Part shown: positions 1 through 10,032 of the stretch, one piece after another
How the letters are laid out: every line of letters starts with the position of its first letter
Numbering within the stretch: the stretch's first letter is position 1
Assembly: GCA_038881595.1 (NCBI GenBank)
Contig: JAVZPM010000004.1
Span: forward strand, 13,567 to 77,566
Origin: Candidatus Micrarchaeia archaeon
Lineage (GTDB): Archaea > Micrarchaeota > Micrarchaeia > CABMEP01
Direction: 5' to 3'
DNA length: 64,000 nucleotides
Position numbers and translations under genes: made by a program
The notes under the pieces: generated by a model
The model's database searches: none
The model's input: the letters and a program-made list of their open reading frames with translations, nothing else
Told to the model about the DNA's origin: nothing

Positions 1-2444
1 GCCATCAGAATTGCAGATGGCCTTGCTGCAAAGAAGAACGGCTTTGTTGTTCTAAGGAATAGGATTACAAAAATTTCTGACAAAACTATTTCAAGGAAGA
101 ATAATGTTCTAAACACCTCATCAAAAACATTCAGTACATAAACTAAGTAAATAATTAGTATTAGATCAAAAATTGTACTTATTGCACCGAATATAGCTCC
201 GTTCTTAATTATCTGATCACTCCTCCATTTTCTTGGCTTTTTCAAATCATCTCCATCTACATTGTCTGTTGCAAACGCAAGAGCAGGAAGATCAGATAAA
301 AAGTTGATAAATAAAATTTGAGAAGGGAGTAAAGGAATAAATTTCAGGAAGCCGGATGCGAGTCCGATCGTGAAGAGATTGCCGAAATTACCTGCAAATG
401 TCACCCTAAGGTATTTGACGATATTTGAAAACAATGTCCTTCCAATTATTATACCTTCGAAAACAGATCTTAGGCTCTTTCTTGTTAATATCACATCAGC
501 TGCTTCTTTTGAAACATCTGTTCCTGTATTAACCGAAATCCCAACGTCTGCCTCTATCAAGGATGGTGCATCATTAACTCCATCTCCAAGATATGCAACT
601 ACATGACCCCTTGATCTAAGAAACTTTATTATTTTATACTTCTGTTCTGGTGTTGCTCTCGCGAAAATGATTGTATTTTCTATACGATCGAAATCTTTTT
701 TCCTTAAAACTTCATCTATTTCCCTACCAGTAAGGATTTGCTTATCATCTACAGGAAAATCCAATTTTTCAGCTATTGTTTTTGTAACATTTGCACTATC
801 ACCAGTTATTATTTTGATATCAACTCCGTATTTCTTAGCCATCTTTAATGTTTCCCTTGCAGTTGGCTTGATTGGATCTATGAAGCTTACAAAGCCAATG
901 AACGTAATTTCAGACTCATCTTCCTTTGAATAGTTACGCTTACTCGCGCTAGCCTTGATCTCTTTTATTCCTACTGCTATTACTCTTAGACCTTGATTAC
1001 TCAGTCTTGTGTATGTCTCCATTGCCTTGCTTCTTACTCTGCTTATTGTGACTGCCTGGCCGTTCTGCAGCCCGTACCTTGAAATTGAAAGAATGGCCTC
1101 AGGAGAACCTTTGACTATAAGGAGCTTCTTTCTTTCAAATCTGGCTACTACACTCATTCTTTGTCTTTCATAATCAAATGGGACAATTTCTTCAATCTTG
1201 TATTTTTCAACTAATTTTTTAATTTCTGAATTGAAATTAAGGTGTTGATTTAATGCCACATCGATCGAACTTCCCTTTATTGTATGGTTTTTCTTAATTA
1301 CAGAAGTACACGCTGCTGAAAGAACAAGAGGTAATTTTGTTTCATTTCCTTCATAGTCGAAAGAATCTAAAACTCTTAATCTATTCTCAGTAAGCGTTCC
1401 TGTCTTATCACAGCAAAGTATGTCAACATTTCCAAGATCCTCTGTAGCTGAAAGACGTTTTACAATAACTCCTTTTGACGCAAGCTTCATCGCTCCTCTT
1501 GAAAGTATAGTAGTCATAATCATTGGCAATGGTTCAGGAATAAGACCTACTGCAAGTGCAACAGCAAAAATAAGTGAAACAATAATGTCGTGCCCTACGA
1601 AAATATTGAGAATAAGAATTAATACGCATGCAAATAGTATTATATTCAGAAGATACTGACTGAAATCCTTCATATTCTTTTCAAATTCGCTCTCATCCTT
1701 TATCTCTTCCATTATACCTATAGTCTTGCCTATGAATGTTTCCTTTCCAGTGGCAATCACAATTCCTTTGCCTTTTCCTTCTTTTACAATGGAACCTGCA
1801 AATGCGATGCTATGCATCTCTTGAGGGAGGGGATTTTGTTTCCTTATTTCTTTTGCTGTTTTTTTTATCGGATAGTATTCTCCAGTAATAACTGATTCAT
1901 CTATAGCAAGGTTGTATTCTTCTATTATTCTAATGTCTGCTGGAATCCTATCTCCGACAGTGAAGATGACTATGTCACCAGGAACAAGTTCTCTTGAATC
2001 TATTTCTATTATATTTCCATTTCTTATAACATGGCAATAGAATGAGATCATTTTCTTCAGCTTCTCAATTGCACTATGAGACCTGTATTCTTGTATCACA
2101 TTAATGATTAGAGAAAGCAGAACTATTGCAAAGATTATAATTGCTGATTGAATGTCGTTTATGAAATACGTAATTAAGCCTGCAAAAATAAGTGCAATTG
2201 TAATTGGATTGAAGAGATTTCTTAAAATCAATTTAATAAGAAAGTGGTGCTCCTTTACCACTACTTCGTTCTTTCCGAATTTAATAAGTCGGTCTCTTAC
2301 TTCAGAATCAGAGAGTCCATTAATTGAGGAATTAAAATGTTTGATTACATTTTCGCTTTCCATTTTCCAGAAAGGGAAAGAATACTGATAAGATTGCTCG
2401 CTTTTTTCCAATCCTGCATTTTCATTCTTCAATTTTACTGCCAA
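1..2444 (-). CDS. P-type cation-transporting ATPase, MgtA-like (3' end runs off the window start)
   Basis: Not in the ORF track; translated by hand. DILCCDKTGTLTEN phosphorylation motif near 1390-1425, AYLGDGVNDA near 570-600, C-terminal FRTLFFLE..LRTTKPFF resembling Mg2+ P-type ATPases. Probable TTG start at 2444 after GGTGTG. Confidence 0.88.
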   Translation of the reverse strand, partial: MAVKLKNENAGLEKSEQSYQYSFPFWKMESENVIKHFNSSINGLSDSEVRDRLIKFGKNEVVVKEHHFLIKLILRNLFNPITIALIFAGLITYFINDIQSAIIIFAIVLLSLIINVIQEYRSHSAIEKLKKMISFYCHVIRNGNIIEIDSRELVPGDIVIFTVGDRIPADIRIIEEYNLAIDESVITGEYYPIKKTAKEIRKQNPLPQEMHSIAFAGSIVKEGKGKGIVIATGKETFIGKTIGIMEEIKDESEFEKNMKDFSQYLLNIILFACVLILILNIFVGHDIIVSLIFAVALAVGLIPEPLPMIMTTILSRGAMKLASKGVIVKRLSATEDLGNVDILCCDKTGTLTENRLRVLDSFDYEGNETKLPLVLSAACTSVIKKNHTIKGSSIDVALNQHLNFNSEIKKLVEKYKIEEIVPFDYERQRMSVVARFERKKLLIVKGSPEAILSISRYGLQNGQAVTISRVRSKAMETYTRLSNQGLRVIAVGIKEIKASASKRNYSKEDESEITFIGFVSFIDPIKPTARETLKMAKKYGVDIKIITGDSANVTKTIAEKLDFPVDDKQILTGREIDEVLRKKDFDRIENTIIFARATPEQKYKIIKFLRSRGHVVAYLGDGVNDAPSLIEADVGISVNTGTDVSKEAADVILTRKSLRSVFEGIIIGRTLFSNIVKYLRVTFAGNFGNLFTIGLASGFLKFIPLLPSQILFINFLSDLPALAFATDNVDGDDLKKPRKWRSDQIIKNGAIFGAISTIFDLILIIYLVYVLNVFDEVFRTLFFLEIVLSEIFVILFLRTTKPFFFAARPSAILM

Positions 2445-2469
2445 TAAACACACCTTTAACAAATTACTG

Positions 2470-3198
2470 TTATGAATTTTGATTTTCTTTTGCCTGTATA
2501 TCATTTTCTTGAATAGAACCTATTGTGATGTTTGTATCTATTCTGCTAGTTTCATTCGATGAAGTTGAATTCTCTTTTTCGAAAGATTGAGCACTAGAAA
2601 CAGAATTTTCTAATTTTGAAAGCTCTATTAGTCTTCTTCTAATAGTTTCTTTTGAACATTGAAGCTGCTCTGCTATCTCAGAAAGAGACTTTCCTTCAGT
2701 TCTTAATTTCATAATTATATCGCTATTTATCTGAACTTTAGGTCTACCTAGATTCTTGCCTTCGTTTTTCGCTCTTTGAAGTCCTGCCTTTGTCCTTTCG
2801 CTTATCTTTTTAGCTTCTTGTTTTGCTATCCAAGCAAAAATTGGAAGAAGAAGCTCTCCCATTTCTGTGGTCGTATCAAGAAAGCTTTCCTGATATGAAA
2901 CAAATTTAACTCCCCACTCATTTAGATCACTGATATAATGAATGTCTTTTAGGCCTGCTCTGCTGAATCTATCATAAGACCATACCAACAAGACATCAAA
3001 CTTTCTCTTTCTTGCATCTTCCATCATTTCTTCAAATACAGGCCTCTTTTTCTTTCCAGTTCCTGTGATGTACTCTGTATATTCCTTATAAATCTCATAT
3101 CCCTTGGCTTTGCAGTAGTCTCTAAGCTGGATAAGCTGGTTCTCCACATCCTGCCCCTTGTCATCAGTAGAAACTCTTGCGTATATGGCCGCTCTCAT
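2470..3198 (-). CDS. Serine recombinase, resolvase/invertase family, with C-terminal HTH
   Basis: YARVST catalytic Ser motif, DRFSR, ISERTKAGL..GRP, HTH SLSEIAEQLQCSKETIRRRL. Confidence 0.93.
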   Translation of the reverse strand: MRAAIYARVSTDDKGQDVENQLIQLRDYCKAKGYEIYKEYTEYITGTGKKKRPVFEEMMEDARKRKFDVLLVWSYDRFSRAGLKDIHYISDLNEWGVKFVSYQESFLDTTTEMGELLLPIFAWIAKQEAKKISERTKAGLQRAKNEGKNLGRPKVQINSDIIMKLRTEGKSLSEIAEQLQCSKETIRRRLIELSKLENSVSSAQSFEKENSTSSNETSRIDTNITIGSIQENDIQAKENQNS

Positions 3199-3284
3199 AA
3201 ATAAACATTAAATAAAAAGAAATTAAAAGCTATTGAATAAAGGAAATAGAAAAGAATATAAATAAGAAATGTTTCAGTATTTAC

Positions 3285-4268
3285 ATGGGAAACCTCATTA
3301 TTTCTATTGATAGACCTAAGCCGATAGTTGATATTAATCTTGAAAGCATACGTATCTATCAAAGAGCAATCCATTCAATAATTCCACTTCTGGAAGAATT
3401 TGCGATCGAACCATTTGAATCAGCGTTAAAACGAATGAGTGGATATAGCGACATAAATCCGCCAGAAAAGGAAATGAAGAAAACAATAAAGATAGATGGA
3501 ATCAAATTCAATGTTTTGTCTGCTCCAACTACAAAAAGGCCGCAATATGCACTTGCATATGAACACATTGTTGAATATACAAAACACCTTATCAATGAGC
3601 ACAAAAGAATAGGAAGAATAAAGGATCTTACGCTCATAGATGGAATTCCTTTTGTATCTCTTGATTTAATGATAGAAAAGATAAAATCAACTATTGAATC
3701 TGTCAAGATAGGAAAGGAAGGAGTGACTCAGAAAATAGAATATGATGAAAATGATTTTGTTGAAGAAGTTTTAAAGATCCCAAGCTTTGCATTGGACATT
3801 AGCAGAACTAATGATCCAAGTATAAGCGGAAGTGCAAGAGTATATTTAATGGCAAAATCTATTAAACAGGATTATGAGGAAATCAAAACAAGATTTGAAT
3901 CAATGGTCAAGGAGAGGACAGGATTTACAAAGAATAACATACCAGATGAAAGAGCTGATGTTATAATGACAGATGTACCTGGATATGCCATACTTGTGAA
4001 AGTTATACCTACGATGAACGTAAGCTTTGCAAAAATTATGGGAAGCCTGATACATGAGACTCCAACTGGAAAGATTACAGAAAAAACAGGTTTGCTTATA
4101 AAAGCTAAAAATGATATAATAGAACCTAAGATTGAAGGCATAATTGTCAAAAAAGGAGACAAAAAGTATATTTCGCTTGAAGGATTCTCATCTCTTTTAG
4201 AAGATTTAAAGGAAGAAAATAAAGAAAAAACGGTAAGATTTGAAATAACCACTACTGCTTTAACTTAA
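3285..4268 (+). CDS. Hypothetical protein with an apparent two-fold internal repeat
   Basis: 327-aa ORF with host-like composition; no family recognised. Confidence 0.75.
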   Translation: MGNLIISIDRPKPIVDINLESIRIYQRAIHSIIPLLEEFAIEPFESALKRMSGYSDINPPEKEMKKTIKIDGIKFNVLSAPTTKRPQYALAYEHIVEYTKHLINEHKRIGRIKDLTLIDGIPFVSLDLMIEKIKSTIESVKIGKEGVTQKIEYDENDFVEEVLKIPSFALDISRTNDPSISGSARVYLMAKSIKQDYEEIKTRFESMVKERTGFTKNNIPDERADVIMTDVPGYAILVKVIPTMNVSFAKIMGSLIHETPTGKITEKTGLLIKAKNDIIEPKIEGIIVKKGDKKYISLEGFSSLLEDLKEENKEKTVRFEITTTALT

Positions 4269-4289
4269 TTCCGTTCTTTTAGGATTTGC

Positions 4290-5018
4290 TTATGCACTCC
4301 AACTTTCATGAATAATTCTATTCTCTTCTATTCCTGCTGATTTTAATTGTTCCACCAGAGAACGGATCATTTCTGGTGGACCACATAGCATGAAATATTT
4401 GCCTTTATCAGCTATATCAACATATTTCTTTATCATTTCCAAATTAATCCTTCCTTTTTCACCTTTCCATTTTTCCGATTGTTCTCTTGTGCAAGTGAAT
4501 ATTACTTTTATATTTTTATGAAGCTTTGATATCGACTCTAATTCATCTTTATATAAAATGGAATCCATAGTTCTTGCAGAATAAAAATATGTTATATTTA
4601 TAGGAAGATTCTTTTCTGCTACATATCTTATCATGGATATAAAAGGGGTTATCCCACATCCACCACCGATCAAAACAACATCCTTCATTTTTTCTTCATC
4701 CAAGAAAAAGAATTTTCCAAATGGCCCTCCTATTTTTACAACATCTCCTACCTTTAGAGAAGCTACTCTTGGAGTGAATCTCCCTCCTTCTACTATCTTT
4801 ATTGTAAGTTCAAGATATTCTTTATTTGTTGGAGAAGACGCTATGGAATAAGGTCTTGCAAGCAATGGTTCATTTTCCCTTTGTATATATAGATTTACAA
4901 ATTGACCTGGTTTGAAATCCATATTAAATGGTTCAATAGGACTTAATCGCAATGTAACTACATCTGAAGTTTGATTAAATTTCTCTTTTACTATGAATTT
5001 TGCTATTTGTATTGGCAT
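4290..5018 (-). CDS. FAD/NAD(P)H-dependent oxidoreductase, ferredoxin-NADP reductase-like
   Basis: FKPGQF, RPYSIAS, GGGCGITPF and LCGPPEM motifs. Confidence 0.92.
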   Translation of the reverse strand: MPIQIAKFIVKEKFNQTSDVVTLRLSPIEPFNMDFKPGQFVNLYIQRENEPLLARPYSIASSPTNKEYLELTIKIVEGGRFTPRVASLKVGDVVKIGGPFGKFFFLDEEKMKDVVLIGGGCGITPFISMIRYVAEKNLPINITYFYSARTMDSILYKDELESISKLHKNIKVIFTCTREQSEKWKGEKGRINLEMIKKYVDIADKGKYFMLCGPPEMIRSLVEQLKSAGIEENRIIHESWSA

Positions 5019-5111
5019 TGACTCACCTTTAGTAATAATATGAATGATAGATTTGTCAATTAAATTTATAAAATATAATTAAATAGCAGTGGTACTGAAT
5101 TAAATATAAAA

Positions 5112-5645
5112 TTACAGATCGCTATAAATAGGTCCTTTTGGAGTAAGCTGGCTTTTCTTTAGCTTTATCATATCTTTTGTAATCATAAAGCTTCCGAAAT
5201 CCTTCTCTTTGTGTTTTACAAGAAAGTCCTTAAAATTTATCTTCTGTTTCACCCTAGCTAAAGTTAAGTGAGCTACAAATTTTTCATTTTTTTCCTTTTT
5301 GAAGCCGATTGCTGCCAATCGTTCTAATAGTATTTTTTCTATCTCTTCTAATTTTCCATTACTATCTCCACCTACCCAAATTACCCTTATGTAGTTTTCA
5401 TTTGGAAAAACCCCTAAACCTCTGCATTTTATTTCGAATGCATCGAATTCTATATTTTTAATTGTGTCTTTTATCTTTTCAACTGCATTTTCATCTATCT
5501 CAGGAAAAAATTTGAGTGTAAAATGGAGATTCTCAGGTTCAACTATCTTTACTTCTTTTTTAAATCTAGTTTTAATTTCTTCCTGAAATTGAATCAGCCT
5601 TTCTTTAATTTCATTTGGAATTTCAATCGCAATGAACGCTCTCAC
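5112..5645 (-). CDS. thpR: RNA 2',3'-cyclic phosphodiesterase (2H family)
   Basis: MRAFIAI start, two HxT motifs (HFTLKF, HLTLAR), C-terminal LTPKGPIY. Confidence 0.93.
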   Translation of the reverse strand: MRAFIAIEIPNEIKERLIQFQEEIKTRFKKEVKIVEPENLHFTLKFFPEIDENAVEKIKDTIKNIEFDAFEIKCRGLGVFPNENYIRVIWVGGDSNGKLEEIEKILLERLAAIGFKKEKNEKFVAHLTLARVKQKINFKDFLVKHKEKDFGSFMITKDMIKLKKSQLTPKGPIYSDL

Positions 5646-5716
5646 AAAATCACGAAAATAATTTTTTATAAATGATTATTGCTAATCAATAAAAAGTTTA
5701 CCATAATATCTAAATT

Positions 5717-6688
5717 ATGAAAGGTATGATATTTAGCGAAGGAAATGGATACGGACATGTTGCAAGAGACTTCCCAATATCTGAATTGCTAGGCATACCT
5801 ATAATGACATTTGGAATGGGGGCTGAATATCTTAAGATGAGAAAAAAGGAATTCATTGAAATTCCTTCCCCATACAAAATTGAGACGAAAGGAAAGACAA
5901 AAATAGTTGCAAACCTACGACAGATAATGCGATTTTTCAATCCATCCATTACTTCGGATATAATAAAGAGATTTCAAGAAGTAGATTTCGTAATAGTTGA
6001 TGGCTCTCCTATAGGTTTAATACTCGCTAAAATTGCAGGAAAGAAAACGATAATGATTACAAATGATACTTCTTCTCTTGTCGGTGTTAACGGAATACAA
6101 CGGCCAATAGCAAATGAACTAAATCAGTTGATTCTATCTTATCCAGAAAAGATACTGGTTCCAGATTTTCCTCCTCCTTTTACTGTTGCAAAATACAATC
6201 TAATGGAAAGCGAGAACATTAAAATGATAGGACCTCTTGTAGAAAATGTAAAGCAAATCAAGCACGACAAGGATTGTCTTGTGATAACTACAAATGAAAT
6301 GATAGATAAGAAATTAAAAAAATACTTAGGAAAGAATGCAATATACAGTTCTGAAGTTGGAAATGTTAAGCCGTATTACGAGTCGTGTAAAATAGTAATA
6401 TGCCATGGCGGCCATACTACAATTACAGAGGCATTAAGTTATGGAAAACCAATAATTGCGATATATGATAAAAGTTATTCAGAAAGAAGCAACCATATCA
6501 AGTTCATAGAAGAAATGGGAATTGGATATGGAATAGAAGAAAAAGCATTTGAAGCTGAATATCTTAGATTCCTGCCTGAAATCATAGATTCATTTGATAA
6601 AGGAAAACTGACGATATATAAGAAAATAAAGGATAGATTAAATCCAATAAACGAAATAAGAAAATCAATTAACCAACTAAAATTATAA
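5717..6688 (+). CDS. GT-B fold glycosyltransferase (GT28 / MJ1255-like)
   Basis: GNGYGHVAR N-terminal motif, LVPDFPPP, CHGGHTTITEALSYGKP nucleotide-sugar motif. Confidence 0.8.
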   Translation: MKGMIFSEGNGYGHVARDFPISELLGIPIMTFGMGAEYLKMRKKEFIEIPSPYKIETKGKTKIVANLRQIMRFFNPSITSDIIKRFQEVDFVIVDGSPIGLILAKIAGKKTIMITNDTSSLVGVNGIQRPIANELNQLILSYPEKILVPDFPPPFTVAKYNLMESENIKMIGPLVENVKQIKHDKDCLVITTNEMIDKKLKKYLGKNAIYSSEVGNVKPYYESCKIVICHGGHTTITEALSYGKPIIAIYDKSYSERSNHIKFIEEMGIGYGIEEKAFEAEYLRFLPEIIDSFDKGKLTIYKKIKDRLNPINEIRKSINQLKL

Positions 6689-6855
6689 GTAAAATTAATA
6701 ATGATTATTAAAAATTATTAAATTTAGTAAAACAAGTGAAAAAGAATATTTATAAAATTAACAAATCAATAACACATAATACATTTTAATTATTGAAATA
6801 TATGTTTCAAAAAATGTATATTTCTAAGAGGCAGAAATAGTGTGAGCGTGATTAA

Positions 6856-7872
6856 ATGGTAAAAGAGTATTCTACATCTGGAGTAAAAATTGCAATAGTT
6901 GGAGTTGGTGGTGGAGGTTGTAACACCATAAAAAGACTAATTGATTATGGATTGAAAGGACCTGAACTTATAGCAATAAATACTGATAGAATACACCTTG
7001 ATACAATAAAATCACCGGCAAAGAGGATATTAATCGGTCAATCAATAACAAGAGGTCTTGGTGCTGGAGGATATCCAGAAATAGCACAAAAATCTGCAGA
7101 GGCAAGCAAGCCAGATATAGAAGCTGCATTATCTGATATCGATCTTGTTTTCCTCGTAGCAGGTATGGGAGGAGGTACAGGTACAGGTGCTGCACCGGTT
7201 GTTGCAGATATTGCAAAGAAAAATGGTGCACTAGTTATTTCTATTGTAACTTACCCTTTCAGAATTGAAAGAGCAAGATTGCAAAAAGCAAAGGAAGGAA
7301 TTGAAAATCTAAAGAAAGTAAGCGATACGCTTGTTATAATAGACAATCAAAAGTTACTTGATTATGTTCCAAATTTACCGATTGAGCAAACGTTTATGAT
7401 TGCAGATGAAATAACTGCAAGAGCAGTAAGAGGAATAAGCGAAACACTTCTTAATCCTTCTCTTATTAACCTTGACTTTGCTGATCTAACTACCATAATG
7501 ACTGGTGGTGGAATATCTATGATTGCAGTAGGAGAAGGAAAAGGAATCAGCAAGGTTGAAGAGGTAGTAAAGAACACCCTTGATCACAGATTATTAGATG
7601 TAGATCCTAAGGGAGCAAAGGGAGTTCTTCTCCATATAACTGGTGGACCAGATATGACATTGGGTGACGCAAACACAGTAGGAGAAATGATAACATCAGA
7701 AGTAGATCCATACGCAAATGTTATTTATGGAGCAAGAATGGACCGATCATATCTTGGAAGAATAGAGGTAATTGCAATATTTACAGGTCTTAAAGAAGGA
7801 GAGGCATTAAGAGCAATAGATGTAGAGACTAAAAAGAAAGAAGAGAAAAGATATGGCGATCTCTGGTACTAA
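6856..7872 (+). CDS. ftsZ: Cell division protein FtsZ
   Basis: GVGGGGCN, AINTD, GMGGGTGTG tubulin signature, INLDFADL T7 loop. Confidence 0.97.
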   Translation: MVKEYSTSGVKIAIVGVGGGGCNTIKRLIDYGLKGPELIAINTDRIHLDTIKSPAKRILIGQSITRGLGAGGYPEIAQKSAEASKPDIEAALSDIDLVFLVAGMGGGTGTGAAPVVADIAKKNGALVISIVTYPFRIERARLQKAKEGIENLKKVSDTLVIIDNQKLLDYVPNLPIEQTFMIADEITARAVRGISETLLNPSLINLDFADLTTIMTGGGISMIAVGEGKGISKVEEVVKNTLDHRLLDVDPKGAKGVLLHITGGPDMTLGDANTVGEMITSEVDPYANVIYGARMDRSYLGRIEVIAIFTGLKEGEALRAIDVETKKKEEKRYGDLWY

Positions 7873-7894
7873 TTTTGAGTTTTAATTCTTTAAA

Positions 7895-9004
7895 TTATTT
7901 AATTTTTTTATTTTTACTTAATAAATCTTCAAAAATGGATGGTTTTGATATTTCTAGCTCTTTACGAATCTCTTTGCTTTTTTCCATTTTTAAAAGTTGT
8001 TCTATTCTAGAAAATACAGTTTTCTCATTATAAGTCATGTCATTCATATCAATGTCAAATGCACGAAATATCTGCATTTTTCTTATAAAATCAACTCTTT
8101 TTTCTTCGTTTATCGATTTGTAAAACTGAATAATTTCTGGCATTACATTCTTGTCTACATGTATTAAACAAGCTGCGGCCAAAGACTTAATATCTTCGTC
8201 TGGATTATTCTTGAGAATTGACATGAGAGTATTAATCGCATTCCAATCTCCCTTAACTGCAAATACTCCAAGTGCGGGAATTGAATAATTAAACATAGGA
8301 TCAAGGCCATTTGAATCAGATTCCAATCTTTTTATTATGGATGGAACTGCTTCGCCTATCTTATGCATCTTTATAACTTCCATAATATTATTGTAATCGA
8401 ATTCGTCTGCATACAAAACTAAGTTGGCAATCTTGTTTCTTACTTCTTTGCTAAGAATAATGTCTTCGTTTAGCAGTTCCGTAATCGCATTTGTTACATA
8501 ATCTTTGTTGTTTGATGAAAGACATTTAGAAATTTCATTCATATAATATTTCTTTGAATTGTTACCTAATTTACAATCTAGTTCATTTAGTTCATTCTGT
8601 ATTTTAGTGTTTGTTTCTTTTTTAGATTGAATATTCAATGCATTGTTCATAATCTCTTTACTTTCATTCACTATTTTATTAACTGTAGAGTTTAATGGAT
8701 TGCTTGAATTCCTATCAAAGTTACTGGTAGAATAGTTAATAACATGTTGTGATTGTTCTGAGGAGACAGATACTTGGTTGACAGAAACTAAATCAGTTGA
8801 AACTTCTTCAGCTTTTAAAGATTTGGAAACCAAAAAAATAGAAATCCCTATCGCAGTAGCAACCGCTGCTCTTTTCAATATTCTTTTGATTTTATCAGTT
8901 TTATAATTATCATCGGAAAGTATACGTTTTAAATTTAGGTGATGTTCTGTCTTGTCTGGATCTATAACTTTTATTCTATTGTTTGGAATCTTATAATTTG
9001 CCAT
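7895..9004 (-). CDS. Hypothetical membrane-anchored or secreted protein with HEAT-like repeats
   Basis: Basic-hydrophobic segment KRAAVATAIGISIFLVS, S/N-rich linker, HEAT-PBS-like EAVPSIIKRLESD and AINTLMSILKNNPDEDIKSLAAACL. Confidence 0.6.
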   Translation of the reverse strand: MANYKIPNNRIKVIDPDKTEHHLNLKRILSDDNYKTDKIKRILKRAAVATAIGISIFLVSKSLKAEEVSTDLVSVNQVSVSSEQSQHVINYSTSNFDRNSSNPLNSTVNKIVNESKEIMNNALNIQSKKETNTKIQNELNELDCKLGNNSKKYYMNEISKCLSSNNKDYVTNAITELLNEDIILSKEVRNKIANLVLYADEFDYNNIMEVIKMHKIGEAVPSIIKRLESDSNGLDPMFNYSIPALGVFAVKGDWNAINTLMSILKNNPDEDIKSLAAACLIHVDKNVMPEIIQFYKSINEEKRVDFIRKMQIFRAFDIDMNDMTYNEKTVFSRIEQLLKMEKSKEIRKELEISKPSIFEDLLSKNKKIK

Positions 9005-9131
9005 AATTATTAGACATTAAACCCATATATAAATATTTACTTTTTATCTATTTTTGTTAGAAGTACATATTTTAAAGAAGTAAAAATTTGCAATTCAGAA
9101 GTTTTTTAAAATTAGCATGAGAAAGAAGCGC

Positions 9132-9587
9132 ATGAAATGCCCATTTTGTGGATATAAAGATACTGATGTAGTAGATTCTAGAGATACAGACGAGGGTACT
9201 GTAATAAGACGAAGAAGAGAATGTCCTTCATGCAAAAAAAGATTCACAACGTATGAAAGACCTGAAGAGAGCATAATAGTTGTAATAAAAAGAGACGGAA
9301 AAAGAGAAAAATTTGATAAACAAAAACTAATAAATAGCATAATAAAATCCGTAGGCAAAAGGCCTGTAAGCTATAATAAGATCGTAGAACTTGTAGAAGA
9401 TATTGAAAGAGAACTTAGAACAAAGCAATCTGAAGAGGTTGAAAGTAAACACATCGGTGAAATGGTCCTAAAAAGACTTAGAAAGCTCGACGACATTGCA
9501 TACATTAGATTTGCAGCAGTATATAAAGAATTTAAGACAATCGATGATGTCCTTAATGAAATAAAAATTCTAAAAGGAAAAAAGTAA
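9132..9587 (+). CDS. nrdR: Transcriptional repressor NrdR
   Basis: MKCPFCG..VVDSR..IRRRRECPSC..RFTTYE zinc ribbon, ATP-cone (VIKRDGKREKFD), AYIRFAAVYKEF. Alternative ATG at 9117. Confidence 0.96.
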   Translation: MKCPFCGYKDTDVVDSRDTDEGTVIRRRRECPSCKKRFTTYERPEESIIVVIKRDGKREKFDKQKLINSIIKSVGKRPVSYNKIVELVEDIERELRTKQSEEVESKHIGEMVLKRLRKLDDIAYIRFAAVYKEFKTIDDVLNEIKILKGKK

Positions 9588-9839
9588 ATAATCTACTATT
9601 TATAGATATGAATATTAGAGATCGGATTCATTAAGAATTACACTTCGTCTTAAAAGATAGAATTAATAGTGCAACATAATAAAAAGATAAATATTTTAGT
9701 TCAAAAAAATTTATAATACGCAAATGAACTTATTTTTTTTGCTGAAATTGCTTATTTTATCTTTTAAACAAATAAATGAACAAAAAAAGGCAGAATTTTT
9801 AAAATATGCATTGCGTAAATTTCGACGTGAAAGCAAAGA

Positions 9840-9847
9840 TTTATAAA
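9840..9847 (+). promoter_or_regulatory. Putative archaeal TATA box of nrdJ
   Basis: TTTATAAA preceded by purine-rich GCAAAGA (BRE-like). Confidence 0.55.
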
Positions 9848-9870
9848 TAAACAAAAGTAAGAAATTTCAA

Positions 9871-9886
9871 TCACTAAATGTTGATT
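9871..9886 (+). promoter_or_regulatory. NrdR box 1
   Basis: TCACTAAATGTTGATT; 11/16 match to acaCwAtATaTwGtgt, with all strongly conserved positions matching. Confidence 0.7.
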
Positions 9887-9902
9887 ATTAAAAAGTAAAA
9901 TA

Positions 9903-9918
9903 CCACTATATAATGTGT
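9903..9918 (+). promoter_or_regulatory. NrdR box 2
   Basis: CCACTATATAATGTGT; 14/16 match, 32 bp from box 1. Confidence 0.75.
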
Positions 9919-10032
9919 TCCAAAAAATAAAAGTTGAATAAGGTGGTATTCTAGTAATCAACATTTAAATTAGAAGAAATATAGTTGGACAGATGGTATA
10001 AATCACTAAAAATGAAAAGATGGGGTGTAATG

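Noticed and set aside
370..2388. Four plus-strand ORFs in the track
   Set aside because: Antisense shadows of the minus-strand P-type ATPase. The same applies to the many short opposite-strand ORFs overlapping housekeeping genes across the window.
2470..3198. IS607-family transposon
   Set aside because: Domain order is catalytic then HTH (resolvase type), not N-terminal HTH, and there is no tnpB.
9591..9610. Possible extra NrdR box (CTACTATTTATAGATA) right after nrdR
   Set aside because: Only a partial match, with no partner at 31-32 bp, in very AT-rich DNA.
9985..10032. TTG-start N-terminal extension of NrdJ
   Set aside because: RBS GGGGTG at 10022-10027 supports ATG at 10030 or 10033.
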